From assembly GCA_032128375.1 (NCBI GenBank), contig JAQBGU010000034.1:17855-81854 (forward strand): a stretch of 64,000 nt of DNA. Reading direction: 5' to 3'. The stretch is from Deltaproteobacteria bacterium. Its GTDB lineage: Bacteria; Myxococcota_A; UBA9160; SMWR01. Under the pieces are notes generated by a model. It was not told where the DNA came from. It searched no databases and worked only from the letters and a program-made list of their open reading frames with translations. Positions within the stretch are counted from its first letter, which is position 1; each line of letters opens with the position of its first letter. Position numbers and translations under genes: made by a program. Positions 38,118 to 47,225 of this stretch are shown piece by piece.

Positions 38118-39836
38118 TTGATCGCAGTTACGCATCACGACATCGTCATAGTCGGCGCCGGAGGGGCAGGCCTTCGCGCTGCCATCGCAGCCACAGAGGT
38201 CGACCCGGAAGTCTCGATCGGCCTGGTTTCGAAGGTCTACCCGATGCGCAGTCACACGGTATCTGCTGAAGGCGGAGCCGCGGCCATCGCGCGCGATGAC
38301 GACAGTTTCGAGATGCACGGATTTGACACCGTGAAGGGCTCGGACTTTCTGGGCGACCAGGACGTCATCCAGTATTTCGTCGAGGAGGCCCCCAAGGAAC
38401 TGACGCTGCTCGAGCACTGGGGTTGTCCGTGGAGCCGCAACGAGGACGGCACCGTTGCCACGCGCGCGTTTGGTGGAATGTCGACCAAGCGCACCTGGTT
38501 CGCGACGGACAAGGTCGGCTTCCACATGCTGCATGCGCTGTTTCAGCATTCGCTGCGCTTCGACAACATCGTTCGGTACGACGAGTATTTCGTTACGCGC
38601 TTGTTGATCGATGATGGTGTGGTCCGTGGGGTCTCAGCGCTCGACATCCGCACTGGCGTGATGCGGGTCGTGCTCGGTCGAGCGGTCGTGTTGGCGACGG
38701 GCGGCGCCGGTAAAATCTTTCCGTTTACCACGAATGGCAGCATCAACACCGGCGACGGTATGGCACTGGCATATCGTGCAGGGGTCGCGCTGAAGGACAT
38801 GGAGTTCGTCCAGTATCACCCGACGGGTTTGCCGGGGACGGGAATCCTGATCACCGAGGCGACCCGTGGTGAGGGCGGATTCCTGATCAACAGCGAGGGA
38901 GAGCGGTTTTTGACGACACGCGACTACGGTGTCGGTGCCAAGGCCGAACTTGGTCCTCGCGACATGATTTCGCGAGCAATCATTCAAGAAGTCGAGGCGG
39001 GTCGTGGTTTCGACGGCCCCTACGGCGCCTACGTTCATCTCGATCTGACCCATCTCGGCGAAGAGAAGATCGTCAGCCGCCTGCCGATGGTGCAAGAACT
39101 GTCCAAGATCTACATCGGCGTCGACCCGGTTCATGCGCCGATTCCGGTGCGCCCTGTCGTGCATTACATGATGGGCGGTATCGACACAGACATCACGGCC
39201 GCCACGTCGCTTCCGGGGCTCTACGCGGCCGGCGAGTGCGCATCGGCTTCGCTGAACGGATCGAATCGACTGGGATCGAATTCGCTCACAGAGTGTCTGG
39301 TCTTCGGTGCCTCCGCTGGACGCAACGCGGTTGCATTCGCGAAGGATGCGAGTGAGGGAAACGAGAGCGAACTGCGCCGCCAAGGCGAAGACGAGGCGGC
39401 TCGTATCGAAGTGCTGCGCGGCAAGCAGAAGGGCGGTGAGAAACTCTCTAGGATTCGTGCGGACCTGCACCACACGATGGAAACCGGCTGCGGTGTGTAT
39501 CGGATGAAGGAGACGATGGACGAAACCGCAAGCACCGTTGCACAGCTGAAGGGGCGCTATGCGGATGTGGCGCTCGACGATTCGAGCACGGTATTCAATA
39601 CTGAACTGACCCTTGCCCTCGAGATGGGCAACCTGCTCGATGTGGCCGAGGCGGTAGCCAACTCTGCTGCATCGCGAGACGAATCGCGTGGTGCGCACAC
39701 CCGACGCGACTTCACGAAGCGCGATGATGCGAACTTCCTGTACCACACGCTGTGCTATTTCGATCCAGCCGGGCCCAGGCTCGACAAGAAGGACGTGACA
39801 CTGGGCAAGTGGGAGCCCGAGGAGCGGAAGTACTGA
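38118..39836 (+). CDS. frdA: Fumarate reductase/succinate dehydrogenase flavoprotein (E. coli FrdA type)
   Basis: GAGGAGLRAA, PMRSHTVSAEGG (covalent FAD His), DMEFVQYHPTGLPGTGIL, HYMMGG, NRLGSNSL, ESRGAH. Confidence 0.92.
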   Translation: MIAVTHHDIVIVGAGGAGLRAAIAATEVDPEVSIGLVSKVYPMRSHTVSAEGGAAAIARDDDSFEMHGFDTVKGSDFLGDQDVIQYFVEEAPKELTLLEHWGCPWSRNEDGTVATRAFGGMSTKRTWFATDKVGFHMLHALFQHSLRFDNIVRYDEYFVTRLLIDDGVVRGVSALDIRTGVMRVVLGRAVVLATGGAGKIFPFTTNGSINTGDGMALAYRAGVALKDMEFVQYHPTGLPGTGILITEATRGEGGFLINSEGERFLTTRDYGVGAKAELGPRDMISRAIIQEVEAGRGFDGPYGAYVHLDLTHLGEEKIVSRLPMVQELSKIYIGVDPVHAPIPVRPVVHYMMGGIDTDITAATSLPGLYAAGECASASLNGSNRLGSNSLTECLVFGASAGRNAVAFAKDASEGNESELRRQGEDEAARIEVLRGKQKGGEKLSRIRADLHHTMETGCGVYRMKETMDETASTVAQLKGRYADVALDDSSTVFNTELTLALEMGNLLDVAEAVANSAASRDESRGAHTRRDFTKRDDANFLYHTLCYFDPAGPRLDKKDVTLGKWEPEERKY

Positions 39837-40600
39837 TGGGCGACGGTCTGCAGAAAAAGACGTTCGTGGTGACCCGCTTCGACCCAGACCAGGACGACGC
39901 GCCTCGCAAGCAGCGCTATGAAATTCCGGTTCAGCCCGGCTGGAAGGTTCTCGACGCGCTCAATTTCATCAAAGACGAGGTCGACGCCACGCTATCGCAC
40001 CGCTGGTCGTGCCGGATGGCGGTCTGCGGCAGCTGCGGGATGATGGTCGACGGCGAGCCGCGTCTGACCTGCAAGGATTCGTTGGACCCATACGGAGATA
40101 CGGTCGATATCGCACCGCTAGCGAATTTCCCGGTGATTCGCGATCTGGTGATCGAAACCGACGGCTTCATGGAGAAGCTGAGCGCAGTCAAGCCCTGGAT
40201 CATTCGAGCCAAGGAGTTGGCGGTCGAAGAGGGCCCGGTTCGTCAGTCGCCCGGTGAGCTCGAAGAGTTCAAGCAATTCAGCATGTGCATCAACTGCATG
40301 CTCTGTTATTCGGCCTGCCCGGTCGTTGCGAACGAGCCGGAATTCCTCGGCCCGGCGGCGATTGCTCTCGGGCACCGCTACAACATGGATTCGCGCGACG
40401 AGGGTGCCTCTGTACGAAACGAGATCTTCCTTGGCGAAGGGACGGTCTTTGCCTGTTCGTTCGCCAATGAGTGCAGCGAGGTCTGCCCGAAAAACGTGGA
40501 TCCCGCCGCAGCGGTCAACCAGGCGAAGTTCAATGCGGCGATTCATTGGGCAAGCGAGTTGGTTCTGCCGCGGGTGCAACGCGACAAGGGGGACGCATAA
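39836..40600 (+). CDS. frdB: Fumarate reductase iron-sulfur subunit
   Basis: CRMAVCGSC..C, CINCMLCYSACP, CSFANECSEVCP. TGATG coupling with frdA. Confidence 0.92.
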   Translation: MGDGLQKKTFVVTRFDPDQDDAPRKQRYEIPVQPGWKVLDALNFIKDEVDATLSHRWSCRMAVCGSCGMMVDGEPRLTCKDSLDPYGDTVDIAPLANFPVIRDLVIETDGFMEKLSAVKPWIIRAKELAVEEGPVRQSPGELEEFKQFSMCINCMLCYSACPVVANEPEFLGPAAIALGHRYNMDSRDEGASVRNEIFLGEGTVFACSFANECSEVCPKNVDPAAAVNQAKFNAAIHWASELVLPRVQRDKGDA

Positions 40601-41041
40601 GTGGCTCGAGACGCACACCCGAGGGCGATGTCACCGTCGACGCCGGGGCGCACGCGAACCGCCCCCCCGCAGCTTCCGGACAAGTTCCCGTTCGAGGGCC
40701 GCTACCGCATCTACACACTGTTCGATTCGACCGGCATCTTGTATCTGGTACTGGGCCTGCTGGTGCTCGGCAGCGTTTGGGCATTGGGCACCGGTGAGTC
40801 CGCGTGGAACCATGTCCAGGAGACCTATCGCAGCGCCACCTACGTCATTTTTCACCTGATCGCGCTGGCTGGTGTGATTTTCGTTGGGGTGCGGTTCTTT
40901 TCGTTCTTTCCGAAATCTCAGCCGGCTCGCATCGGACCCGCGAAGCCGCCCCCCCAGGCGGTGTTGCTCGCGATGCTGTACGTGGCCTGGATCGGTGTCG
41001 CCGGCACATTGACGCTGATTCTCGCCGGCGGAATTTTCTGA
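40601..41041 (+). CDS. frdC: Fumarate reductase membrane anchor subunit C
   Basis: Three TM helices, YRIY before TM1, FFSFFPK loop, and operon position. Confidence 0.75.
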   Translation: MARDAHPRAMSPSTPGRTRTAPPQLPDKFPFEGRYRIYTLFDSTGILYLVLGLLVLGSVWALGTGESAWNHVQETYRSATYVIFHLIALAGVIFVGVRFFSFFPKSQPARIGPAKPPPQAVLLAMLYVAWIGVAGTLTLILAGGIF

Positions 41042-41102
41042 TGGGACTTGCGTTGATGGGACTTTCTTTGATGGGACTTTCTTTGATGGGAACATTCTGA
41101 TG
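41039..41102 (+). repeat. 15-bp TGATG-initiated tandem repeat forming mini-ORF 41041-41100
   Basis: tgatgggacttgcgt, tgatgggactttctt x2, tgatgggaacattc, tgatg. Confidence 0.85.
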
Positions 41103-41456
41103 AAAAGCCTGCTCCTGAAACTCGAACCGCTGATCTGGTTGATGTTTGGCCAGGGAATCATGATTGGAACCATGTTGCTGACCGGCTGGGTACTGGTCGT
41201 CGGTCTGGCGGTTCCGCTGGGCCTCGTGCCGGCCGAGGCGCTGTCTTTCGAACGCGCTCACATGCTGGGTTCGAACATCGTGGGTCGAGTCGTGCTGTTG
41301 GGACTGATCGTGCTGCCGCTGTGGAAAGGAACGCACCACATCCGCCACCTGTTCATCGATTTCGGAACCGGTCGTGATGAGTTGATCGCGCCGCTTCTGT
41401 ACCTGATCGCCCTGGCGGGTAGTCTGCTCGGCGTGGTGGCCATCATCCGTCTCTAG
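41100..41456 (+). CDS. frdD: Fumarate reductase membrane anchor subunit D
   Basis: EPLIWLMFGQG, AVPLGL, LSFER, LPLW..THHIRH..D match the FrdD pattern. Confidence 0.85.
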   Translation: MKSLLLKLEPLIWLMFGQGIMIGTMLLTGWVLVVGLAVPLGLVPAEALSFERAHMLGSNIVGRVVLLGLIVLPLWKGTHHIRHLFIDFGTGRDELIAPLLYLIALAGSLLGVVAIIRL

Positions 41457-41543
41457 AGCGAAAGCGAATCAACTAGATCGAACGGAAACAGTCGGACAAC
41501 GGATCGAAGCCGCTGGCCGAACGCACGGGTCGAGGGACGGACG

Positions 41544-42089
41544 TTGACGGGTCGCGTACTCCAGGACGTTCGGGTTCTAGATCTGACTCGCGTCGTGGCG
41601 GGGCCGTTTGCGACCGCAGCGCTGGCAGATCTCGGCGCGGATGTGATCAACAAGTTGTTCAAGAAGCTGTGCGATGCAATGGGTCGACCCGAGCTGGTCA
41701 GCGATGAGCGCTTCCGCAGCCACCGCGGTCGCTCGAGTCGTCGGCACGAAATCAACGAGATCGTCAATTCCTGGGTGCGTGGTCGAAGCAGCGACGAGGT
41801 GTTGACCGCGTTGGGTCCCGAAGGTGCCGACTTGCCTTGTGGGCGCGTTTCGAGCCCCCACGAACTCGTCGACGACCCGCAACTGATCGCGCGAAACATG
41901 ATCGAGCGCCACCCGCACCCGGATCTCATCGAAGTGGTGTTCCACGGCAATCCGCTGCAGTTCTCGAACGCGGAACCGCGCGAGCGCAAGCTGGCGCCGG
42001 CGCTGGCCGAACACAACGTCGAAATCTACACCGAAATCGGTCTGGCCGAAGACGAAATTCGGCGTCTTTCGGAAGCCGGCGTGATATAA
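41544..42089 (+). pseudogene. Family III CoA-transferase (CaiB/BaiF) with large in-frame internal deletion
   Basis: N-terminus VRVLDLTRVVAGPFA..LADLGADVI joins directly to C-terminal NKLFKKLCDAMGRPEL..DERF..APALAEHN. 181 aa versus roughly 400 for the family. Confidence 0.75.
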
Positions 42090-42130
42090 ACGACGGCGGC
42101 TGATGGGTCTGGATGTCGGAGGCTGACTGC

Positions 42131-42490
42131 ATGACGCGACCCCGCGATCCGCTCGCAAGGGTACGCAAGATCATCGGGGCGTGGCCCGAAACCGACGAGC
42201 GTGTGTCCCACGGCGCGCCGACCTGGTGGGGTGGCAAGAAGACATTCGCAACATTTCACGACAACCACCACGGCGATGGTCGCGTTGCGCTGTGGTGTAA
42301 GGTGTCGTTCGAACAACAAGCCGACCTGGTGGCCGCTGACCCCGAAGTGTTCTTCATTCCGCCCTATGTGGGCCCAAGCGGATGGGTCGGGATCCGGCTC
42401 GATCAGAGCGTCGACTGGAATACCATCTCGGAGATTCTCGAGCAGGGATATCGGATGGTGGCACCCAAGCGGGCAATCGCGCTGCTGTAA
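42131..42490 (+). CDS. MmcQ/YjbR family protein
   Basis: SHGAPTW, KTFA, DNHHGDGR, FFIPPYVGPSGWVGIRLD, VAPKR. Confidence 0.88.
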   Translation: MTRPRDPLARVRKIIGAWPETDERVSHGAPTWWGGKKTFATFHDNHHGDGRVALWCKVSFEQQADLVAADPEVFFIPPYVGPSGWVGIRLDQSVDWNTISEILEQGYRMVAPKRAIALL

Positions 42491-42544
42491 CGCGGGGCTC
42501 TGATTCTGCTCGAAAAGCGTCGAGTACGTTGACGGCGACTCCGC

Positions 42545-43456
42545 CTACTCGGCCTGACCCTGGGCCTGATTGAGCAAGCGCTCCAGCTCGTTTGGTTCGA
42601 GCTGATAGGCTTCGCCACAAAACTCGCAGCGCACCTCGAGCACCTCGCCGCGCTCAGCGGCAGTTCGGAGTTCGTCTTCCCCGAGTAGCGACAAGGTTCG
42701 GATGGCACGATCGCGTCCACAAGGGCACTGAAATGACGGCTTCGTGCGTTCCAGAATCGAGATGCCGAGGTCGGATAACACGCGATGGATGATGTCCTGC
42801 GCGCCCAGACCCTCCCGCACGAGTTCGCCCGGACCGCTGAAACCCAGCACGTTCTCCTCGACCTGGTCGATCTCTTCGTCAGATGCGCCGGGTAGCGCGT
42901 GGATGAGAAATCCCCCGGCCGCCTCGACGCCGGATGCATCGAGGAAGACCCCGAGCGCAACGGAAGTCCGGGTTTGTTCGCTCTTGGCGAGGTAATGGGC
43001 GAGGTCCAGTGCAACCGTGCCGGAGACCAACGGCACGATCCCGCTGTAGGGGGTGAAACCCGGCCGATGGCGGACCACAGCGAGTATGCCGCCTCCGACG
43101 GCCGCGCCGACGTCGAGCCGGCCATTTTTGGCAGGCGGGTTGGCCGATGGGTTCGCGACATACCCCCGAACGCCCCCTTCCGGATCCGCGATCGCGACGA
43201 GCGTGCCCAGTGGCCCGGACCCGCGAAACTGCAACTGCACGGTTTCCCCGTGCTTCGATCCGGCGGCGAGTAGTACAGCACCCATCAGCGCCCGGCCGAG
43301 CGCGGCGCCGGCGGTCGGGGACGTCTGGTGACGCCGGATCGCCTCCGCGACGAGATCGGTGCCGACCAACGCCCAAACCACCACACCGCCCGCCGAGGAG
43401 GTCGCGCGCACCAACTCGTCTCGCGATGCAGAGTCTTCCGGTCGAGGGTCGGTCAT
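42545..43456 (-). CDS. hslO: Hsp33 redox-regulated chaperone
   Basis: ALGRAL, GSGPLG, VRGYV, YSGIVPLVSG, YLAKSEQ, AGGFLI..LPGA, CPC...CEFC zinc motif. Confidence 0.93.
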   Translation of the reverse strand: MTDPRPEDSASRDELVRATSSAGGVVVWALVGTDLVAEAIRRHQTSPTAGAALGRALMGAVLLAAGSKHGETVQLQFRGSGPLGTLVAIADPEGGVRGYVANPSANPPAKNGRLDVGAAVGGGILAVVRHRPGFTPYSGIVPLVSGTVALDLAHYLAKSEQTRTSVALGVFLDASGVEAAGGFLIHALPGASDEEIDQVEENVLGFSGPGELVREGLGAQDIIHRVLSDLGISILERTKPSFQCPCGRDRAIRTLSLLGEDELRTAAERGEVLEVRCEFCGEAYQLEPNELERLLNQAQGQAE

Positions 43457-43494
43457 GAGCGCTTTTGGGGGATGCGATGCGGGGAGAGGAACGT

Positions 43495-44703
43495 TCAGAA
43501 CAGGTTCGAGACGATCTCGTAGCCGCCCACGTAGGTCCCAATGATGCTGCCGAGCGTCGTGAAGATGAATACCAACATCACGCGCAGCATTCGGTTTCTC
43601 CACCACATTTTTGGTGACCCGACGTCATCGGCCAGCGCTTCGAACTCTCGAACCTTGGGTGGCTGATAATACGCCTGTAGGAACGCGCACACGTAGCCGG
43701 CGCCGATCACTGGCGTCAGGCTCGTCACCGGTGCGACGAAGAACGCGGAAACGATCGTGATTGGATGAGCCAGCGCGATGATCGCCCCGATCGTACTCGG
43801 CACACCGTTGGCGACGATCCAATACAACAGGTTCTCGCCTGCGGCGGCTGCGCCCTTGTTGAGACCGATGTAGCCAAGAGATGCGAGGATCATGACCGGG
43901 ATCCCCCATCCCAACCACTTCCAGACCGGCGACATGGGAGGGACTTGATCGATTGCATCGAGATCGACTTCGTCGGTCGACACCAACGCCTGGCAAATCC
44001 CGCTGACGTGACCCGCACCGACCACTACGACGATTCGGTTGCCAGACGCCTCGCGCATGCGCTGTGTGAGGTATACGTCGCGTTCGTCGATCAACGCAAC
44101 CTTCAGTGCGGGCATGGCCTCGCCGAGTTCGCGCATCAGCGCCGTCAGTACATCGTTGTTGCGCAGCTTTCGCAGGTCGTCTTCATCGATCTCGGGCTGT
44201 TCGAAGAGGCTCACCGCCAGCGTGCTGAGGAAGCCGGCCTTTTTGAAGAACCCCATCGATGCCCACGCACGGCGCAGCGTCACGCGAACATCCCGGTCGC
44301 ACAACGCGATGGGGATCCCGTATTCGATGGCCACCTCGGTGGCCTCGAGCAGCTCCGTGCCCGGCAGGATCCCCAAGGCACCACCCAGCTTCTTCTGGTA
44401 CGAAGCCAACAGCATGTTCGCGAGCAGCGGAGCCAGTTGCTTGGTGCGTATCAGCTGCCGGAGGTCGAGTTCTTCGAATTTCCGCTTCTGGGACAAGGCC
44501 TCGTAGCGCTGCTTGTCGAGCTCGACGCAGACGCAGTCGGGGCGCTCTTTTTCGATGACCTCTCGAACCAGGTCGGCGGACTCGCGCGAAATATGTGCAG
44601 TACCGACGATGATGAACTCACGGTCGCCGACATGGATGACGCGAACGTCGCTGCCGTAGTCGCGCTCGTTGGGCGCGTCACTCGTCGGGGACTCGTTGGA
44701 GAT
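43495..44703 (-). CDS. TraB/GumN (pheromone-shutdown-like) family membrane protein
   Basis: IVGTAHIS, PDCVCVELD..RY, PGTEL, DRDV.VTL.R, LIDERD, VVGAGH and C-terminal TMs. The conserved N-terminus lies upstream of the first canonical start (44496); start inferred at ATC 44703. Confidence 0.88.
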   Translation of the reverse strand: MSNESPTSDAPNERDYGSDVRVIHVGDREFIIVGTAHISRESADLVREVIEKERPDCVCVELDKQRYEALSQKRKFEELDLRQLIRTKQLAPLLANMLLASYQKKLGGALGILPGTELLEATEVAIEYGIPIALCDRDVRVTLRRAWASMGFFKKAGFLSTLAVSLFEQPEIDEDDLRKLRNNDVLTALMRELGEAMPALKVALIDERDVYLTQRMREASGNRIVVVVGAGHVSGICQALVSTDEVDLDAIDQVPPMSPVWKWLGWGIPVMILASLGYIGLNKGAAAAGENLLYWIVANGVPSTIGAIIALAHPITIVSAFFVAPVTSLTPVIGAGYVCAFLQAYYQPPKVREFEALADDVGSPKMWWRNRMLRVMLVFIFTTLGSIIGTYVGGYEIVSNLF

Positions 44704-44801
44704 GTCAGGCCCTCACTGTAGGAATCATGCGGCGCGTGTGCACCGGAGAGCGCCGGGCCGACCGCCCAGACGCCGACGTTGAACAATGCGATGAATTCGC
44801 G

Positions 44802-45383
44802 CTAGGCCTGGTAGTACGGAGTCTCGCCGGCTTCGTGATCTGTGATGTCGATGACTGCGGTAATTTCGGGAATCGCCTGTTGCAGTGTGGCCGCGACGCC
44901 GTCCTTCAGCGTGGTATCGACCATTCCGCAACCCTGGCAGCCGCCTCCGAACTGCAGGATGACCTTGTGATCCTGGATCTCCATCAGGCTGACGTGTCCG
45001 CCGTGTCCCGCGAGTCCCGGATTGACGCGGTCGTCGAGAAGTTCCTGAACGCGACTGGCCAGTGGATCCTTGCCGAGTGTCGTCTTGTTCGGGTTGTCGA
45101 ATTTCAAACCGGAGCCGCTGATGTCATCGACGAAGTTCAGCGTTGCGCCGCGTAGCCGTTCTGCGCTGGCGGCGTCGAGGTAGATCGAAATTTCATCGAG
45201 TTCGATCACGCCGTCGTCATCGGTCTTCGTGTCGGTGGCGACCAGCTTCAGTTCGTATCGAAACTTTGCACCGTCCTCTCGCGCCGTGATCCGCAGCGCG
45301 ACCTCCGATCGATCTTCCGCAGTCTTGGCGCCAACGATCTTCTCGACCGCGGCATCGGTAATCGTCAAATCGGGAACAGCCAT
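44802..45383 (-). CDS. nfuA: Fe-S biogenesis protein NfuA
   Basis: Cys-less A-type carrier N-domain (ITDAA, GATLNFV, GLKFDNPN) plus NifU-C domain (VNPGLAGHGG, GGGCQGC, TDHEAG..PYY). Confidence 0.9.
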   Translation of the reverse strand: MAVPDLTITDAAVEKIVGAKTAEDRSEVALRITAREDGAKFRYELKLVATDTKTDDDGVIELDEISIYLDAASAERLRGATLNFVDDISGSGLKFDNPNKTTLGKDPLASRVQELLDDRVNPGLAGHGGHVSLMEIQDHKVILQFGGGCQGCGMVDTTLKDGVAATLQQAIPEITAVIDITDHEAGETPYYQA

Positions 45384-45451
45384 GCGATTTCCCCTGGTTT
45401 TGATGGTCTTGCGAGATCCGAAGAGTAGCACCCGGTTTCGGTCTCCGGGAC

Positions 45452-46090
45452 TCAGGCTTGGGTCGGCTGCGCTGCGGATGCGCGCGACTTGCCAGCGGCC
45501 GAGCGTGTCGCGCGCAGCCAGATTCGCACGCCGAAAAGCAGCGATAGCACCGCGGCGTACACCAGCGGCTCGAACAAGTCCGCCTTGACGAGCCAGATGA
45601 AGTGCACCACGCCAAGTACACCGGCCGCGTAGGCGAGCCTATGCAGCGTCTTCCAGTGCTTTCCCAAGCGCCGCGCCATGGCCCGAGTCGAAGTCGCTGC
45701 CAACGGTGTCATGCACAATAGTGCTGCGAACCCGGCCGTGACGTAGCGGCGTTCCAGCACGTCCTCGACGATGAGTTCCCATTCGAAGAAGTGCTCCAGC
45801 CACAAGTATGTCAGGAAGTGGAGGCAGCTGTATCCGAATGCGGCCAGCCCGAAGGTCCGGCGCAAGGGTGCGGCCCAGCGCCAGCGAAACATGCGTCGCA
45901 GCGGCGTGATCGCCAATGCGACCAGCAAGAAGCGCAGCGTCCAATCGCCTGTGACGTGGGTGATGTGTTCGACCGGATTGGCGCCGAGATCATCGATGTA
46001 GAACTGGAACGTGAGCATCGCCATGGGGAACAGCACGAACGCGATCGCGATTGCCTGGTTGCCGCGCAGTCGCTGAGCGGCTGTGGCCAC
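45452..46090 (-). CDS. msrQ: Methionine sulfoxide reductase heme-binding subunit
   Basis: LGANPVE, TGDW, ITPLR, RRTFGL..F.Y..LH, PLAATS, WKTLHRLAY, VHF.W..KAD. Confidence 0.92.
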   Translation of the reverse strand: MATAAQRLRGNQAIAIAFVLFPMAMLTFQFYIDDLGANPVEHITHVTGDWTLRFLLVALAITPLRRMFRWRWAAPLRRTFGLAAFGYSCLHFLTYLWLEHFFEWELIVEDVLERRYVTAGFAALLCMTPLAATSTRAMARRLGKHWKTLHRLAYAAGVLGVVHFIWLVKADLFEPLVYAAVLSLLFGVRIWLRATRSAAGKSRASAAQPTQA

Positions 46091-46098
46091 GGCGGTCG

Positions 46099-47037
46099 CT
46101 AGAAATGCTTGCGCAGGTCCATACCGGCATACAGCTCTCCGACCTGGTCTGCGTAGCCGTTGAACGCAAGCGTATTGCGTTTGCGAAGCTCTCCGATCCG
46201 CCTTTCGCGCTTCTGGGTCCAGCGGGGATGATCGACCGCCGGATTGACGTTGGAATAGAAGCCGTATTCGCGCGGCGCGGAGAGATTCCAACTGGTCGCC
46301 GGCTGTTTTGGGGTCAAATGGATTTCGACAATCGACTTGATACTCTTGAATCCGTATTTCCATGGCACGACCAGGCGCAGTGGCGCCCCATTCTGGTTCG
46401 GCAAGTCGCGGCCGTACATTCCAGTCGCGAGCAACGTCAACGGGTGCATCGCTTCATCGATTCGCAATCCCTCGATGTAGGGCCAGTCGAGGACCGCACG
46501 CCTCTGGCCCGGCATCTGCTCGGGGTCCAGCAACGTCTTGAACGCGACGAACTTGGCCTTGGAAGTCGGCTCGTACCCCTTCAACAGTTTGCCAAGCTCG
46601 ATTCCGCGCCACGGGATGACCATCGACCATGCTTCCACACAGCGGAGTCGGTAGATGCGTTCTTCGACGCTGTGCGGCTTGAGCAGCACGTCGAGATCGA
46701 TGCTGCCTGGTTTCGCGACTTCGCCTGTGATCGCGACTGTCCAGGGGCGGGTACGGAAGTTCTGCGCGTTGCGTTGTGGATCGCTCTTGTCGGTTCCGAA
46801 TTCGTAGAAATTGTTGTAGCGCGCGGCATCCTCGAAGGGCGTGAGTTCCTCGCTGGTTCGGAAGGGGTCGGCGTCTGGTCCAGGACCGGCGGTCTCGGCG
46901 CGACAGGCCAGCGTTGGGGCGAGTATCGCACCCGCGGTAACGAGCCCGGCATTTCGCAGAAACGCACGGCGCAGCAGGTAGATCTCCGGCTGTGTGATTT
47001 CGCTGGCCGGAATCGGTCGGGTTCTACGCATCAGCAC
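46099..47037 (-). CDS. msrP: Periplasmic Mo-dependent methionine sulfoxide reductase
   Basis: SEIT, Tat motif [66 protein letters not shown]. Confidence 0.95.
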   Translation of the reverse strand: MLMRRTRPIPASEITQPEIYLLRRAFLRNAGLVTAGAILAPTLACRAETAGPGPDADPFRTSEELTPFEDAARYNNFYEFGTDKSDPQRNAQNFRTRPWTVAITGEVAKPGSIDLDVLLKPHSVEERIYRLRCVEAWSMVIPWRGIELGKLLKGYEPTSKAKFVAFKTLLDPEQMPGQRRAVLDWPYIEGLRIDEAMHPLTLLATGMYGRDLPNQNGAPLRLVVPWKYGFKSIKSIVEIHLTPKQPATSWNLSAPREYGFYSNVNPAVDHPRWTQKRERRIGELRKRNTLAFNGYADQVGELYAGMDLRKHF

Positions 47038-47225
47038 GCTTTCTCCCTGGGCTTTGTAGACGGCTCAACGGCGGGTTTCATGAAGTGACGTTGCGAAACC
47101 CGCTCTCTCGCGATCCGCAGCTCGATCCATCTCTTCGGCCAGTCGGATGATGCCTCGGACCCGTTCGGCGATTCTGTTGAAGATGAACACAGGGTAACAA
47201 GCGGTGTTGCGGTCCGCGATCGCTG

